A stretch of 48,335 bases of DNA from Acidimicrobiales bacterium (GTDB lineage: Bacteria; Actinomycetota; Acidimicrobiia; Acidimicrobiales; AC-14). Numbering within the stretch: position 1 is the stretch's first letter; each line of letters opens with the position of its first letter. The stretch covers positions 1 to 48,335 of the forward strand of contig JBBSIS010000001.1 in assembly GCA_038231955.1 (NCBI GenBank), given 5' to 3'. Made by a program: the position numbers and the translations under genes. The notes beneath the pieces were generated by a model, which did no database searches, was not told the DNA's origin, and saw nothing but the letters and a program-made list of their open reading frames with translations. Below, piece after piece: positions 25,577 through 34,827 of the stretch.

Positions 25577-27131
25577 TGCCGTGCTTCCGTGACCTGGGGA
25601 CGACTCGCTTCGACCGCAACATGGTCAGGCCCTTGATCAGCGCCGGGCGCGTGTCGGCCGGGTCGATCACGTCGTCTACGTAGCCGCGCTCGGCGGCGAT
25701 CCACGGGTTGGAGAAGGACTCGACGTAGTCGCCGGCCAGCTCGGCCCGAAGCGCGGTGGGATCCTCGGCCTCGGCCAGCCGACGTCGGCTGAGGATCTCC
25801 ACCGCCCCCTGCGGGCCCATCACCGCCAGCTCGGCCGTGGGCCAGGCGAAGGCCAGGTCGGCCCCGATGGCCTTGGAGTTCATGACCACGTAGGCCCCGC
25901 CATAGGCCTTGCGGGTGACGACCTGGATTCGGGGCACGGTCGCCTCGCACAGGGCGTAGAGCAGCTTGGCGCCGTAGCGGATGATGCCGCCGTGCTCCTG
26001 GTCGGCGCCGGGAAGGAACCCGGGCACGTCGACGAAGGACACGATGGGGATGTCGAACGCATCGCAGGTGCGGACGAACCGGGCCGCCTTCTCCGACGAG
26101 TCGATGTCGAGCACGCCGGCCAGCACCTGCGGCTGGTTGGCGATCACGCCGACGGTGTGGCCGTCGAGGCGGACCAGGCCGCAGACCATGTTGCGCGCCC
26201 ACCGAGGGGCGTACTGGTAGAGGTAGCCCTCGTCGGCCACGGCGGCGATCACCGCGGTCATGTCGTACGACGCCGAGGTGTTTTGAGGAAGGATGTCGCG
26301 CAGCTCGGGCGACGTGCGGTCCGGGTCGTCGGTGGGCACCACCGAGGGCGGCGGCTCGGCGCTGCTCGACGGAAGGTAAGACAGCAACTGGCGGACGTCG
26401 CCCAGGCAGGTGGCGTCGTCGGGCGCCACGAAGTGGGCCACGCCCGAGCGGGTGGCGTGAGCGTTGGCCCCGCCCAGCTCCTGAAGGCTGACGTCCTCGC
26501 CCGTCTCCGCCTTCACCACGTCGGGCCCGGTGATGAACATGTACGACGAGCCCTCGACCATGAACACGAAGTCGGTGAGGGCAGGGCTGTAGACGGCCCC
26601 GCCGGCGCAGGGCCCCATGATCACACTGATCTGGGGGATGACCCCCGACGATTGGGCGTTGCGCCGGAAGATCCCGCCGTAGGAGTCGAGGGCGACGACC
26701 CCCTCCTGGATGCGGGCGCCGGCGCCGTCGTTGATGCCGACGAATGGCGCCCCTGCCTGGTCGGCCAGGTCCATCACCTTGTGGATCTTCTCGGCGAACA
26801 CCTCGCCCAGTGACCCGCCGAAGACGGTGAAGTCCTGGCTGAAAACGAACACCTGCCGACCGTCGACCGTACCCCAGCCGGTCAGCACGCCGTCGGTATA
26901 CGGACGTTCGCCGTCGAGGCCGACGTCGACGGCCCGGTGCCGGGCCAGCAGGTCGAGCTCGACGAAGGTCCCCGGGTCGAGGAGGGCCTCGATCCGCTCC
27001 CGGGCGGTCATCTTCCCCCGCGCGTGCTGGCGGGCCACCGCCTCGTCGGACCCGGCGTGAAGGGCCTGCTCCTTGCGGGCCCGCAGCGCTTCGAGCCGCG
27101 TGGTGCGTTCGGGCACGCGGCCGGGCTCCAT
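25563..27131 (-). CDS. pccB: Acyl-CoA carboxylase carboxyltransferase (beta) subunit, propionyl-CoA carboxylase type
   Basis: This is a 522-aa full-length match to the AccD5/PccB pattern (GKMTARERIEALLDPGTF, GVIPQISVIMGPCAGGAVYSPALTDF, RKAYGGAYVVM). Confidence 0.9.
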   Translation of the reverse strand: MEPGRVPERTTRLEALRARKEQALHAGSDEAVARQHARGKMTARERIEALLDPGTFVELDLLARHRAVDVGLDGERPYTDGVLTGWGTVDGRQVFVFSQDFTVFGGSLGEVFAEKIHKVMDLADQAGAPFVGINDGAGARIQEGVVALDSYGGIFRRNAQSSGVIPQISVIMGPCAGGAVYSPALTDFVFMVEGSSYMFITGPDVVKAETGEDVSLQELGGANAHATRSGVAHFVAPDDATCLGDVRQLLSYLPSSSAEPPPSVVPTDDPDRTSPELRDILPQNTSASYDMTAVIAAVADEGYLYQYAPRWARNMVCGLVRLDGHTVGVIANQPQVLAGVLDIDSSEKAARFVRTCDAFDIPIVSFVDVPGFLPGADQEHGGIIRYGAKLLYALCEATVPRIQVVTRKAYGGAYVVMNSKAIGADLAFAWPTAELAVMGPQGAVEILSRRRLAEAEDPTALRAELAGDYVESFSNPWIAAERGYVDDVIDPADTRPALIKGLTMLRSKRVVPRSRKHGNVPL

Positions 27132-27155
27132 GGCGAGCGAGGTTACCGGGGCCGC

Positions 27156-28061
27156 CTACCGTGCGAGAAGGGCGTCGACACGGTCGGTGAACCGCCAGGC
27201 CCGCAGCCTGGTGGCCATCTCGCCGAGCCCGTGGCCCGGCCCCTGCCAGCGCAGCTTGTCGACGTCGCCCAGCACCTTGGCGTCGGCCCGCAGGGTGGCA
27301 AGGTCACGGAACAGCATGGCCAGGTCGTGCTGCTCGGTGAGGGCGGCGGACAGGCGGGCGGCGCCCCGCACGGTCACGTCCCACCGAAAGTGGTGCTCGG
27401 GGATGTCCTCGATGTGGACATACCGGGCCAAGACCGCGCTGGCCGACGTCTTGCCCCAACCGGGCAAGCCGGGGAAGCCGTCGGCGGAGTCACCGACCAA
27501 CGCCAGCCAGTCGGGGATCGACTCCGGCCGGACGCCGTACTTCTTGACCACGCCGTCCTCGTCGGTCACGGTGTTCGAGCGCCGGTCGAGCTGGACGACC
27601 CGCGTGCCCGTCACGCACTGGGCCAGATCCTTGTCGGGGGTCATGATCACGACCTGTTCAACAGCCGGGTCGGACGACGCCGTCTTCGCCGCCGCGGCCA
27701 AGGCGTCGTCAGCCTCGAGGTCGACCATCGGGAGCACGGTGACGCCCAAGGCGCCCAAGGCCTCCTCCAACAGGGGGAACTGGGCCAGGATGGCCTCGGG
27801 AACCCCGGCGCTCGACTTGTAGCCCGGCCACAGGTCGTTGCGGAACGACTCGATGACGTGGTCGGTGGCCACGCCCAGATGGGTGACGCCGCCTTCCAGC
27901 AGCCCGAGCACGCTCCACATCACACCGCGCGTGGCGGCCACATCGTCCTGGCCGGACTCACGCTCCGCCGTCGGCACCCCGAAGTGGTGCCGGAAAAGCT
28001 CGTAGGTACCGTCGAGGAGATGGACCTTCACAGTGGCGACGGAGCCTGAGACGACGAACAC
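27156..28061 (-). CDS. 5'-3' exonuclease (FEN/PIN-like, Pol I N-terminal-domain family)
   Basis: LLDGTYELFRHHF, LEADDALAAAA and TPDKDLAQCV motifs are present. The start is GTG 28061, with an alternative at 28031. Confidence 0.8.
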   Translation of the reverse strand: MFVVSGSVATVKVHLLDGTYELFRHHFGVPTAERESGQDDVAATRGVMWSVLGLLEGGVTHLGVATDHVIESFRNDLWPGYKSSAGVPEAILAQFPLLEEALGALGVTVLPMVDLEADDALAAAAKTASSDPAVEQVVIMTPDKDLAQCVTGTRVVQLDRRSNTVTDEDGVVKKYGVRPESIPDWLALVGDSADGFPGLPGWGKTSASAVLARYVHIEDIPEHHFRWDVTVRGAARLSAALTEQHDLAMLFRDLATLRADAKVLGDVDKLRWQGPGHGLGEMATRLRAWRFTDRVDALLAR

Positions 28062-28065
28062 GTGC

Positions 28066-29097
28066 TCACACTGCGGGCGCAGGCGGGGCGGGGCGGCGGC
28101 GGCGCAGCCGGGAGCCGCCCCACACCAGGAAGCCGAGGACGCTCACGGGAACCAGCCAACCGACGACCACGATCATGCCGCCCATCACCGCCAGCATCCC
28201 GTCGACGGCCTGCGCCAGGCTGTGAGCGAGGGCGCCGTCCTTGGCCACCGGCCGCACGACCGCGGCGGCACCGGGCTCAAAGAGGGACACCTTGATGGTG
28301 GCCAGCGTGGCCGATTGGTCCAGGTTGGCCTTCTGGGCGGTGAGCTGCTCGATCTGCTGGCGGACGTTGAACAGGCTCGACTGCACCTGCAGCACCTCGC
28401 CCACCGTCTTGGCCTGGCCGACGAGCACCCGCAAGGCATCCTCCTGGGCCTGCAGGCTTTTGAGCCGGGCGCCCTGGTCGACGAGCTGGCCACTGACGTC
28501 CTCGCCCCGTATCGACTGGCTCTCGACGTTGCCGAGACCGCCGAGCCCCTGGCGAGCAGCATCGAAGCGGTCCGACGGCACCCGGACGGTCAGCTCACCC
28601 GACCGGGACTCCTCGGCCGCCGAGGTGGACGAGGCCGACACGAAGCCCCCGTTGGCGGCGGCGATGGACGCCACCCGGTCGAAGGCGTCGCCGAAGCCGC
28701 CCTTGCCCACCTTCACCCGCAGGTCGGCCGACCTCACCACCTTGGGCGCGTCGGGGACGACGGCCGGGCCGGTGGAGGCAGGGTTGCTCGGTCCGACGGC
28801 CGCGCCCGCCGATCCTCCCGACCCCCCCGAACTGGCGGTGGCCGCGGCGCTACCGGCCGCATTGCGGGGGTCGGCCAGCTTGGACGAGGGATCACCGGCC
28901 ACATCGGCCCCCGGGCTCGGCATCTGCCCACTGGGGGCGGGGCGGTCGCTCGTGGCCCTCGACGCCATGGTCGACTCACGACTCGACGGTGATGTCGAGG
29001 TGCCCATCCGGGCCTGGACGGCCCCTGCGGCCACCAGAGCCAGCAGCGCCACTGCGGCGATCATCCAGCCCTTGCCCACCGGCACCATCCGTCGCAT
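28066..29097 (-). CDS. DUF4349 domain membrane protein
   Basis: ATG 29097 has AGGAGG 8 nt upstream. The protein has an N-terminal TM helix, a low-complexity linker, the segment LRVKV..GGFVSASS..ELTVRVPSDRFD..EDVSGQLVD..LKSLQAQEDAL, and C-terminal TM helices. Confidence 0.8.
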   Translation of the reverse strand: MRRMVPVGKGWMIAAVALLALVAAGAVQARMGTSTSPSSRESTMASRATSDRPAPSGQMPSPGADVAGDPSSKLADPRNAAGSAAATASSGGSGGSAGAAVGPSNPASTGPAVVPDAPKVVRSADLRVKVGKGGFGDAFDRVASIAAANGGFVSASSTSAAEESRSGELTVRVPSDRFDAARQGLGGLGNVESQSIRGEDVSGQLVDQGARLKSLQAQEDALRVLVGQAKTVGEVLQVQSSLFNVRQQIEQLTAQKANLDQSATLATIKVSLFEPGAAAVVRPVAKDGALAHSLAQAVDGMLAVMGGMIVVVGWLVPVSVLGFLVWGGSRLRRRRPAPPAPAV

Positions 29098-29177
29098 CTG
29101 CAATCCTCCTGGTCGTCTGCAGCATCCGACGTCGGGAGACCACCCCCTGGTTCCCGCCAATCGCGGCGCGGGCTCGG

Positions 29178-29382
29178 TCAGGCGAAGGCCCGACGGCTCT
29201 TCTCGGTCGCCAGCCGCAACGCGAGGGCGCCGAGAACGCTGCCCATGAGGTAGCGACACCAGGCCGGCGCCGCGGCCCTGGGTGATGGACCGCGAGACGA
29301 GGTAGAGCATGTTGGGCCCGGGAGGCAGGACCAGGCCCAGAGCCACCAGGGCGATGCCGAGACCGGCCCCGGGGCTGATCAC
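29178..29382 (-). pseudogene. LysE/RhtB-family translocator remnant (N-terminal ~43 codons joined out of frame to a ~25-codon C-terminal end)
   Basis: From GTG 29382 the sequence reads VISPGAGLGIALVALGLVLPPGPNMLYLVSRSITQGRGAGLVS. In another frame it continues YLMGSVLGALALRLATEKSRRAFA*. The middle of the ~200-aa family is missing. Confidence 0.45.
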
Positions 29383-29386
29383 GTCG

Positions 29387-29986
29387 TCACCCGAGCACTT
29401 CCCGGCGACCTTCGAGCGCCCGCCCCAGGGTCAGCTCGTCGGCATATTCGAGATCCCCTCCCACGGGGAGACCGCTGGCGATCCGGGACGCCTTGATCCC
29501 GAGGGGCTTGAGCAACCGGGCCAGGTACATAGCGGTGGCTTCGCCCTCGATGTTGGGGTTGGTGCAGAGGATGATCTCGGCGATGTCCTCGGTGCCCAGC
29601 CGGGCCAGCAGCTCCCGCACCCGGATCTGGTCGGGGCCGATGCCGTCCAGCGGGCTGATGGCGCCCTGGAGCACGTGGTAGCGGCCCCGGAACTCGCCGG
29701 TCTTCTCCACAGCCACCACGTCGCGGGGCTCCTCGACGACGCAGACGATGGTGGTGTCACGCCGGGAGTCGGCGCAGATGGCGCACTCCTCGCCCTCGCA
29801 GACGTTGAAGCATCGCCGGCAGAACGACACCCTCTCCTTGGCCTCGGTGATGGACCGGGCCAGGCGGAAGGCGTCTTCCGCCGGGAGCTTGAGGAGATGG
29901 AAGGCAATGCGCTGTGCCGACTTCGGGCCGACGCCGGGAAGGCGGCCGAGCTCGTCGATCAGGCTCTGGACGGGCGGTGCGTACAC
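29387..29986 (-). CDS. recR: Recombination protein RecR
   Basis: [24 protein letters not shown], the zinc finger [16 protein letters not shown] and a Toprim region are present. Confidence 0.95.
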   Translation of the reverse strand: MYAPPVQSLIDELGRLPGVGPKSAQRIAFHLLKLPAEDAFRLARSITEAKERVSFCRRCFNVCEGEECAICADSRRDTTIVCVVEEPRDVVAVEKTGEFRGRYHVLQGAISPLDGIGPDQIRVRELLARLGTEDIAEIILCTNPNIEGEATAMYLARLLKPLGIKASRIASGLPVGGDLEYADELTLGRALEGRREVLG

Positions 29987-29992
29987 CCGCCG

Positions 29993-30343
29993 TCAGCCGC
30001 CGAGCAGGCCGCCGCCCAGACCGCCAAGGTCGAGACCGCCCATGGCCTGCTCCGACACCTCGCCCGCCTTGGTGACGGCGTCACGGATGGCGGCCAGGAC
30101 CAGGTCCTCGAGCATGGCCACATCGTCGGCGTCGACGGCCGACGGGTCGATCGTCACGCCCAGGAACTCCATGCCGCCGGTAACGCGGACTTTGACCACG
30201 CCCCCGCCGGCATGACCCTCGACCTCCTGGGTCTCGGCCTCGGCGCGGGCGGCCAGGAGCTGCTCCTGCATCTGCTGCGCCTGCTTGAGCAGCGCGCCCA
30301 TGTCGGGCTGGCCACCGGGACCACCAGGTCGGTTCTTGGACAT
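29993..30343 (-). CDS. ybaB: YbaB/EbfC nucleoid-associated protein
   Basis: This is a 116-aa protein (MGALLKQAQQMQEQL..GGGVVKVRVTG) lying between dnaX and recR. Confidence 0.9.
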   Translation of the reverse strand: MSKNRPGGPGGQPDMGALLKQAQQMQEQLLAARAEAETQEVEGHAGGGVVKVRVTGGMEFLGVTIDPSAVDADDVAMLEDLVLAAIRDAVTKAGEVSEQAMGGLDLGGLGGGLLGG

Positions 30344-30346
30344 GGG

Positions 30347-32095
30347 CTACTCCTCCACAACGGTGGCGCCTTCGAACGCCTGCAGGACGTGATCGACTGG
30401 CGAGCGTAGCTCCGACGCCGGTGCTTCCTGGAGGTCGTCGAGGTCGATCGACTCCTCCTCGGCCGGCGGTGGGACTGCTGGCGGCGGCGCCTGCTCCTCG
30501 GTGACGAGGCGCATGGCGACCTTGCGGCCGAAGTGGGCGCCCAGGGCCTGTTCAACCTCGAGCCGAACCTCGTCGCAGCGATCGCGGTGAATGGAGTTGG
30601 GCAGGGCGAACGTCGCACCCCCAACGTCGCCCGTCACGAAGCGTCCGACCCGGAAACGCGACTTGGCCTTGGGCGAGAGGCTCTCGAGTACATGGTCGCC
30701 CCAGGCCAGGGTCAGCTCGTCACGGCTGGGCATGGGACCATCGGCACTCGCCATCGCGGCCGGGGCCGGCGGCGCAGGCGACGCGGGCGGCTTGGGCGTC
30801 GATGGAGCCGGGGGCGGGCCCGGCGTCGGTGGATCTGTGGGTGACGGCGCCGGCGACTTGGCCGCTGACCGAACGCCGCCGAGGGCGAGGCGGGCGCCGG
30901 CAGCCGGGCCGCCGGGCAGAGGCGGCGTCGGCCCCACCGGCGCACTGAGAGCCGCCGGGGGCTCTCCTGGTGGCGGCGGTGGCGGAGCGGGCCGCCCGGC
31001 CAGGGCCCGCTCGAGGCGCTCGATGCGCTCCAGCAGGGCGGCGGGCGAGGCGTCGAGCTCGGGGCGGCACAGCTTGACCAGGGCGACCTCGAGCAGGATG
31101 CGGGGATCGGGCGCCTCCCGCATGTCGACCAGGGTCCGGCCCAGGACCTCCATGGCCCGCACGGTGCCGGCCCGGCCCAGGCGCAGGGCTTCGGCCTCGA
31201 CGGCGTCGACCTCCTCGTCGGGCAGGCCGAGCAGGGCACGGGAAACGGTCACCAGCAGCGCCTGGCGCAGCCGCTCCAGCAGGTCGGTGGCTACCTGGCG
31301 GGCGTCGTGGCCGGCGCCGCACCACTCGGCCACGCCGGCCATGGCCCGGGCCGGATCGCGCTCGCACAGCGCCTCCATCAGTTCCCCGATCGACGGTCGC
31401 TGGTGGTCGACGCCTCCGGCCGCGGCCACCTGGTCGAGTGCCGAAAGGGCGTCGCGCACCGATCCCTTGCCCCGCCGGGCCACCAGCTCGATGACCTCGA
31501 CGGGGACGTCGAGGCCGGCGTCGGCGGCCACCCATTTCAGGTGGGCGACGAGCAGCTCGACCGACAGGAGCCGGAACTCGAAGTGCTGCGCCCGGCTGCG
31601 GATGGTGGGCAGCACCTTCTGGGGCTCGGTGGTGGCCAGGACGAAGATCACATGGGCGGGCGGCTCCTCGAGCGTCTTGAGCAGCGTGTTCGACGCCTCC
31701 GTGGTCAGCATGTGGACCTCGTCGACGATGTAGACCTTCCACCGCCCCGGCGTGCCCAGGGCGGCTCGGGAGACCAGCTCGCGCATGGCGTCGACGCCGC
31801 GATTGGAGGCGGCGTCGAGCTCGACCACGTCGAGGGAGCGGCCCTCGGTGATGCCGACGCAGGAGTCGCAGCTCCCGCACGGCTCGCCGTCGGCCTGGTT
31901 CGGGCAGTTTAGGGCCTTGGCCAGGATGCGGGCCGACGACGTCTTGCCGGTGCCGCGTGGGCCGCTGAACAGGTAGGCGTGCGACACCCGCCCCTCGCGC
32001 ACGGCATTGCGCAGGGTAGTGCTGACGTGGTCCTGGCCCTTGAGCTCTGACCACTTCTGGGACCGGTACCGCCGGTAGAGCGACTGGTACGCCAT
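30347..32095 (-). CDS. dnaX: DNA polymerase III subunit gamma/tau
   Basis: LYRRYRSQKWSELKGQDHV, GPRGTGKTSSARILAKALNC, the Cys cluster and KVYIVDEVHMLT are present. Confidence 0.95.
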   Translation of the reverse strand: MAYQSLYRRYRSQKWSELKGQDHVSTTLRNAVREGRVSHAYLFSGPRGTGKTSSARILAKALNCPNQADGEPCGSCDSCVGITEGRSLDVVELDAASNRGVDAMRELVSRAALGTPGRWKVYIVDEVHMLTTEASNTLLKTLEEPPAHVIFVLATTEPQKVLPTIRSRAQHFEFRLLSVELLVAHLKWVAADAGLDVPVEVIELVARRGKGSVRDALSALDQVAAAGGVDHQRPSIGELMEALCERDPARAMAGVAEWCGAGHDARQVATDLLERLRQALLVTVSRALLGLPDEEVDAVEAEALRLGRAGTVRAMEVLGRTLVDMREAPDPRILLEVALVKLCRPELDASPAALLERIERLERALAGRPAPPPPPPGEPPAALSAPVGPTPPLPGGPAAGARLALGGVRSAAKSPAPSPTDPPTPGPPPAPSTPKPPASPAPPAPAAMASADGPMPSRDELTLAWGDHVLESLSPKAKSRFRVGRFVTGDVGGATFALPNSIHRDRCDEVRLEVEQALGAHFGRKVAMRLVTEEQAPPPAVPPPAEEESIDLDDLQEAPASELRSPVDHVLQAFEGATVVEE

Positions 32096-32159
32096 CGAGG
32101 GCGAGAGTACCCCGAGGCTTCGACGGCCGGTTCGGCCCGGAGTGCCGGGCGAACCGGGC

Positions 32160-33002
32160 TCAGCCCCGCTGGTAGCGGCGGGCGGCCAGTGGGGCGAAGA
32201 TGGCGATGAACAGCGCGCACCAGAACAGGCTGCGCACCGCGAAGTAGCCGGCCGAGTGGCCCAACACCTGTTGGGCCTTGTCGCCGAGGGTGAAGGCCCG
32301 GGTGGCGTTGACCAGCTCGGTGAGTGGTTGGTTGCGGGCGAAGGCCTGCATCCAGCCCGGCATCGACTGGACCGGCACGAATGCGCTCGACACGAAGGTG
32401 AATGGGAAGACCAACAGGCCCACGCCCTGGGCGGCCTGGGGCGTGCCGGCCAGAATGCCCAGAAGGACGAACATCCACGTGAAGGCGAAGGCGGCGAAGA
32501 GGCAGAGGGCGACGGCGAGCAACAGGCCGCCGAGTGGGGCCGAGGTCCGGAAGCCGACCAGGAAGCCGACCGCCGTCGTCACCGTCAGACCGATCCCGGC
32601 CATGGCGGTGTCGGCCACCACCCGGCCGCCGACCACGGCGATGCGGGGGACGGGCAGGGACCGGAGGCGGTCGAAGAAGCCCTCCTCGAGATCCGAGGCC
32701 ACGCCGATCGCCGCAGTCATGCCCGAGAACAGCACGCCGGTGCCGACGAAGCCGGGCACGAGGACGTCGACGTAGCGGATCCCGCTGGTGATGGCGCCGC
32801 CGAAGACGTAGCGGAAGATGAGGAGGAACATGGCGCCCTGGACCATGCCCAGGACGAAGACCTGGGGCGTTCGCACGTTGCGCAGCACCGTCCGCCGGGT
32901 GATGCCCAGGGTTGTCGTGAGGGCGCCGGCGGGTCGGGTCGGGCGGGGAAGGTCGAGCGACCGGGCCGCCTCGGTGGCAAGGGGGGGATTGACAGTGGTC
33001 AT
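32160..33002 (-). CDS. ABC-2 type exporter permease (DrrB-like)
   Basis: ATG 33002 lies 16 nt after the ATPase stop, with AAGGAA upstream. The protein has about 6 TM helices. The 5' extension of the track ORF is rejected. Confidence 0.8.
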   Translation of the reverse strand: MTTVNPPLATEAARSLDLPRPTRPAGALTTTLGITRRTVLRNVRTPQVFVLGMVQGAMFLLIFRYVFGGAITSGIRYVDVLVPGFVGTGVLFSGMTAAIGVASDLEEGFFDRLRSLPVPRIAVVGGRVVADTAMAGIGLTVTTAVGFLVGFRTSAPLGGLLLAVALCLFAAFAFTWMFVLLGILAGTPQAAQGVGLLVFPFTFVSSAFVPVQSMPGWMQAFARNQPLTELVNATRAFTLGDKAQQVLGHSAGYFAVRSLFWCALFIAIFAPLAARRYQRG

Positions 33003-33018
33003 GGCCGGTTCCTTCAGT

Positions 33019-34047
33019 TCAGGCCGCCCGGCGGCGACGCCGGGAGCGGTCGGGGGTGGCGGTGGGGCTGTCGGCACCGGGGTCGGGCTCGGCGTCGGCC
33101 GGGCGCCCGGTCAGGGCCAGGAAGACCTCGTCGAGGGTCGCCCGCCGCAGCCCGATGTCGCTGACCCCCAGGCCGAGCTCCTCGAAAGCCCGCACGGCAT
33201 CCAGGAGGCGGGCCGAGCCGTTCTCGACGGGGACGGCGATGGACCGGGTGGGCCGGTCGACGCTGGGCGCTTCGGCCCCGAGGGGGGCGAGGGTGGCGAT
33301 GGCCCGGTCCATGTCGGCCGGATCGGTGACGTGGACCTGGATGACATCGGTGCCGGCCCGGGACTTCAGCTCGTCCGGCGTGCCCTCGGCGATCACGGTG
33401 CCGTGGTCGATGATGGCGATGCGGGCCGCCAGTTGGTCGGCCTCGTCGAGGTACTGGGTGGTGAGGAGCACGTCGGTGCCGGCGGCCACCAGGCTGCGGA
33501 TGGCGTCCCACAGGTCGTTGCGGCTGCGGGGATCGAGGCCGGTCGTCGGCTCGTCGAGCAGGAGCAGCTCCGGCGCGCCGACCAGGCTGGCGCCCAGGTC
33601 GAGCTTGCGCCGCATGCCGCCGGAGTAGGTGCGGACGAGGCGGTCGGCGGTGTCGGCCAGGCCCATGAGCTCCAGGACGACCTGGGCGCTGGCCCTGGCC
33701 TGGCGCTGGTCGTGCCCGAAGAGGCGGCCGACGAGCTCCAGGTTCTCCCTCCCGGTCATAGCTCCCTCGACCGCCGCCGACTGCCCGGCCAGGCCGATGG
33801 CCTGGCGGACGCGCGCCGGCTCCCGAATGGCGTCGATGCCGGCGACGGTCAGGGTGCCGGCGTCGGGGACCAGCAAGGTGGCGACCATGCGGACAAAGGT
33901 GGTCTTGCCGGCGCCGTTGGGCCCCAGGATGGCAGTGACCTGGCCGCGCTCAGCGGTCAGATCGAGCCCGGCCAGGGCCTGGGTGGACTTGAAGCGCTTG
34001 GTCAGGCCGCGAGCTTCGAGGATGGGGGCCAATGCGGGCTCCTTCAT
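33019..34047 (-). CDS. ABC transporter ATP-binding protein (DrrA-like)
   Basis: Walker A is GPNGAGKTT, the signature is YSGGMRRKL and Walker B is LLLLDEPTTGLD. ATG 34047 overlaps the padR stop (TGATG). Confidence 0.9.
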   Translation of the reverse strand: MKEPALAPILEARGLTKRFKSTQALAGLDLTAERGQVTAILGPNGAGKTTFVRMVATLLVPDAGTLTVAGIDAIREPARVRQAIGLAGQSAAVEGAMTGRENLELVGRLFGHDQRQARASAQVVLELMGLADTADRLVRTYSGGMRRKLDLGASLVGAPELLLLDEPTTGLDPRSRNDLWDAIRSLVAAGTDVLLTTQYLDEADQLAARIAIIDHGTVIAEGTPDELKSRAGTDVIQVHVTDPADMDRAIATLAPLGAEAPSVDRPTRSIAVPVENGSARLLDAVRAFEELGLGVSDIGLRRATLDEVFLALTGRPADAEPDPGADSPTATPDRSRRRRRAA

Positions 34048-34727
34048 CAACTGGTGGTCGTCTGGGGGTAGGACGGGTGGGCGGCGCAGATCTCATCGGT
34101 GGCGACAAGGTCGATCTCCGAGCGACCCCCGCCGGGGGCATACCAGCTACGCCACTGGTCGGCGCCGGTGAGCTGGCCCGACTCGATGTCCTTGGCCAGA
34201 CGCTCGACATAGTCCAGCTCGGCCCGGCGCAGGGCCTGGACGTACTCCGACTCGAGGGCGAACAGCCGGGGTAGGCCGCGGAGGCGAGCGGCGGTCACGG
34301 CCCCGTCGACCAGGGCGATCTCGACCACGAGGGACTCGGCTCGCTGCCGCAGGCCGGCGAGGGCCTCGTCGGGGGGCAGGGCGGGGAGCAGGCTGAGGGC
34401 CGCCTCGAACTGGAGGTACTCCTTCGTCGGCGTGGCTACCAGCTCGGAGAGCCAGTCCGACATCTCCCGGGTCCCGGTATCGGTGATCTCATAGGTCGTC
34501 CGCTCAGGGCGACGGCCGGCCCGCACCGTCTCCCGCGCCCGGATGAGCTGGCGCTTCTCCAGCGACTCGACCACGCCGTAGAGGGAGCCGTAGTTCAGTC
34601 GGATGCTCTCGTGCTTGGCCCGGCCCCGCAGCGTCTGAGCCACCTCGTAGGGGTGCATCGGCTTCTCGAGCAGGGAGGTCAGCACGGCCAGGGCCAGGGG
34701 GTTCGATCGGGCATGACGGGGAGGCAC
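34047..34727 (-). CDS. PadR-family transcriptional regulator
   Basis: The winged-helix segment reads LALAVLTSLLEKPMHPYEVAQTL..YGSLYGVVESLEKRQLI. The start is GTG 34727. Confidence 0.85.
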   Translation of the reverse strand: MPPRHARSNPLALAVLTSLLEKPMHPYEVAQTLRGRAKHESIRLNYGSLYGVVESLEKRQLIRARETVRAGRRPERTTYEITDTGTREMSDWLSELVATPTKEYLQFEAALSLLPALPPDEALAGLRQRAESLVVEIALVDGAVTAARLRGLPRLFALESEYVQALRRAELDYVERLAKDIESGQLTGADQWRSWYAPGGGRSEIDLVATDEICAAHPSYPQTTTS

Positions 34728-34734
34728 GCCGACA

Positions 34735-34756
34735 GAGTACCCGTCGTGTGGTACTC
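34735..34756. promoter_or_regulatory. Perfect 7-bp inverted repeat (GAGTACC-N8-GGTACTC), candidate PadR operator
   Basis: It lies 8 nt upstream of the padR start codon. PadR regulators typically bind short dyads with an ~8-nt spacer. Confidence 0.35.
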
Positions 34757-34827
34757 GTCAAGGAGTATTTGGTGAACGCTTGCTGACGGCCGCCCTGGAC
34801 AGCAGGTCGCCCGCCGCTCGACGCAGC

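Noticed and set aside
28066-29382. Single 438-aa ORF
   Set aside because: It is a chimera of a LysE-family stub and the DUF4349 gene. The DUF4349 gene has its own AGGAGG-ATG at 29097, and the linking segment is Arg/Pro-rich junk.
30347-32095. Programmed -1 frameshift site in dnaX (gamma/tau)
   Set aside because: I saw no A-rich slippery heptamer (A AAA AAG type), nor any run of four or more A or T in the gene.
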